Assembly (NCBI GenBank): GCA_964520335.1
Contig: CAZFNE010000001.1
Coordinates: 1-49,306, forward strand
Source: an uncultured Methanosarcinales archaeon
Lineage (GTDB): Archaea > Halobacteriota > Methanosarcinia > Methanosarcinales > Methanosarcinaceae
Direction: 5' to 3'
DNA length: 49,306 bases
The translations under genes and the position numbers were made by a program. Of the stretch, positions 47,445 to 49,306 are shown in pieces (position 1 is the stretch's first letter; each line of letters starts with the position of its first letter). Below the pieces are notes generated by a model that had not been told where the DNA came from, did not search any database, and saw nothing but the letters and a program-made list of their open reading frames with translations.

Positions 47445-49306
47445 TCAAACTTTTGGCATTCCAATTCCCACAAAAACGAGTTTTGTTTCCACAGGGATTG
47501 TGCCCGCTTCGCTTAGAGCTATGTCTTTTTTGCTGACCTCTACCTGGACCTGGCCTTTGTCCAGTCCGGCTTCGGTCATGTATTCCATTACAAGCCTTCT
47601 GCCAAGTGCATCTGCATGTTCAAGAGCCTCAAAGTAATTTCCAAAGGTTTCTCTGCCCATAGGTGAGAACAGGAGAATAAGTCTTTTTTTGTCTTTTGTG
47701 TAGGTACTTTTAATCAGGATCTCAATCCTTTTAATGCCTTTACCCACAACTGCTCCTACAGCGTTTCCCACATCTGCATATTCAGGCACAATAACCTCGG
47801 CATCAATGAATTCTTTTAGTTCCTCAATGTACACAACTACAGGGCCTCCTATCAGCACTACAGGAAGTTTCATTTTGAACTGGGTGAATTTGCCGGTTAA
47901 AAGGATCTTTTCAAGTTCCCGGGAAGGCACCTCATTAAGGATGAAAGACATCAAGTTTAAAGCCATATTTCTTGCAACATCTTTTTTAATCTGCTTGCAG
48001 AGCTTGACATGGTCTTTCTGCGTATATCTTTCCAGGATTTTTGCGCCTATTTTGGAAGCCTCAGCATCCCAGGCTGTATACTCCCCAAGTACGTGCAAAG
48101 CATCCGTAGGGGTAAATCCTATTGCCTGGATAAGACGTTTTCTTATAAGCGCATCAAGCAGGCCTGGATATAGGGTTTTCTGGGTTTCCCAGAAGATATC
48201 ATTGAGAGAGGTGGGAGAATTTCCTACCCTGTCAAAAAGTTCCTGTTCAAGTTTTCCAAGGCCTGAAGGCTCTATACCTGTTCTTATGAAAAATTTGGTA
48301 GGCTGCACGTTTTCTTCCAGGTACATGGCTCCCGGAATTCTTCCTTTTTTCAGCGTATCCAGAAACCCCGGGTATTTGACTGCTGCAACACAGAGCGGGA
48401 TGACCCTTCTTGGCCCTATATTGATTTTCATGTTTTTTATCCAGATATGGCTGTCCCCGCCCATTGCAGACGTTTCCATTCGGATTGCCTTCACTTTAGT
48501 CTGCCAGCCTCCAACCGTTGCTCCCTCTGCACAAAGTTCAGGAAGTCCGTTTTCGAGCATGGAAACATCCGTACTCGTCCCTCCTACATCAATAACTGCG
48601 CAGGTCTCAAGCCCTGAGAGATAAGAAGCCCCTACAAGACTAGCTGCAGGCCCCGAAAAAATAGATTCTATCGGCTTTTCCAGGGCTTCGTTTATGCCCA
48701 CAACCGAGCCGTCACATTTGAGCATGAGAAGCCTTGCTTTCATTCCACGCCTGGTGATTTCTTCCTTAATAGAACGGATAAACTGGTTTGCAATAGGAAT
48801 AAGCTGTGCGTTCAGGTATGCTGTAATCCCTCGCTCGTAAGCTCCAAGGTCAAGAGAAAGCTCATGCCCGCAAACGACAGGCTTGCCTGTGAGTTCCTGA
48901 ATCCTGGATTTAACTGCCAGTTCATGGGCAGGGTTTCTGACACTGAAATAGGAAGAAACCGCAAAAGCCGAAACTTTGTCATTTACTCTATTTACAAAAG
49001 CTTCAACTGCTCCCATATCAAGGGAAACAAGCTCAGCCCCGTGATGGTCATGCCCTCCCTTTACTACGGCATGAAATTCCACGTGCATATTTTCCGGAAT
49101 TTCATAATCGCCTACTAGAATTAACCCTACAGGGTAGCCATTTTTTTCTAGAATAGTATTTGTAGCGAGCGTTGTAGATACCGAAACCATTTTTACGTCT
49201 TTTAAATATTTTTCATCCAGCCCGTCTATGGAATTTTTAATTCCTTCAAGCAGGTCAGGATAGGTAGTAAGCGCCTTATTCGAATCCATCACTTTGCCAT
49301 CGGAAT
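47445..49306 (-). CDS. Hydantoinase/oxoprolinase A-subunit family ATPase, paralog; 5' end lies outside the window
   Basis: Same motifs as the neighbouring gene; frame is open to the window end (..SDGKVMDSNKALTT), so the N-terminal GIDxGGT motif is beyond 49306. Confidence 0.9.
   Translation of the reverse strand, partial: SDGKVMDSNKALTTYPDLLEGIKNSIDGLDEKYLKDVKMVSVSTTLATNTILEKNGYPVGLILVGDYEIPENMHVEFHAVVKGGHDHHGAELVSLDMGAVEAFVNRVNDKVSAFAVSSYFSVRNPAHELAVKSRIQELTGKPVVCGHELSLDLGAYERGITAYLNAQLIPIANQFIRSIKEEITRRGMKARLLMLKCDGSVVGINEALEKPIESIFSGPAASLVGASYLSGLETCAVIDVGGTSTDVSMLENGLPELCAEGATVGGWQTKVKAIRMETSAMGGDSHIWIKNMKINIGPRRVIPLCVAAVKYPGFLDTLKKGRIPGAMYLEENVQPTKFFIRTGIEPSGLGKLEQELFDRVGNSPTSLNDIFWETQKTLYPGLLDALIRKRLIQAIGFTPTDALHVLGEYTAWDAEASKIGAKILERYTQKDHVKLCKQIKKDVARNMALNLMSFILNEVPSRELEKILLTGKFTQFKMKLPVVLIGGPVVVYIEELKEFIDAEVIVPEYADVGNAVGAVVGKGIKRIEILIKSTYTKDKKRLILLFSPMGRETFGNYFEALEHADALGRRLVMEYMTEAGLDKGQVQVEVSKKDIALSEAGTIPVETKLVFVGIGMPKV

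Noticed and set aside
47734..48624. 296-aa plus-strand ORF
   Set aside because: Antisense shadow of the hydantoinase gene; the same shadow appears opposite the paralog (46118..46519) and has no recognisable motifs
1..49306. CRISPR array or cas genes
   Set aside because: No regularly spaced 25-40 bp repeats; only short tandem repeats (15307, 24624, 43621, 44043)

Overview
Chromosomal segment of a Methanosarcina-like methanogenic archaeon, inferred from gene content (fae, Sm-like protein, pdaD, DUF1699, DUF1724 regulator, archaeal surface beta-propeller, AT-rich intergenic DNA). All calls come from motif recognition, not from database searches. From left to right the window holds: a truncated tRNA-Glu(UUC); an RPC34/TFE-beta-like gene and an Lsm gene; an IS1 InsA-like gene with an in-frame amber codon; DUF3467; a surface beta-propeller; oligoendopeptidase F; a DUF5814 helicase; MTI/MTA phosphorylase; DUF373; RDD; a HAD nucleotidase; an orphan antitoxin-like gene; fae; DUF1699; a DUF1724 regulator; DUF362; DUF4177; a methyltransferase; an AmmeMemoRadiSam radical SAM enzyme; NUDIX; a Tat cluster (2 tatA, 2 divergent tatC); EamA; a ~1970-aa DUF4011-helicase-endonuclease-DUF3320 (Hhe-like) protein; a partly decaying cluster of membrane and kinase genes (MFS, kinase, DUF1269, HdeD, DUF6325-like, LURP-one, glycine-zipper microproteins); pdaD; and two tandem hydantoinase/oxoprolinase-A paralogs. 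The most notable observations are a candidate pyrrolysine codon in the InsA-like protein, three genes whose natural N-termini begin at ATA or ACG behind Shine-Dalgarno motifs, two TatC paralogs with complementary motif loss, and the kinase/membrane cluster. No CRISPR array or intact IS element was seen.
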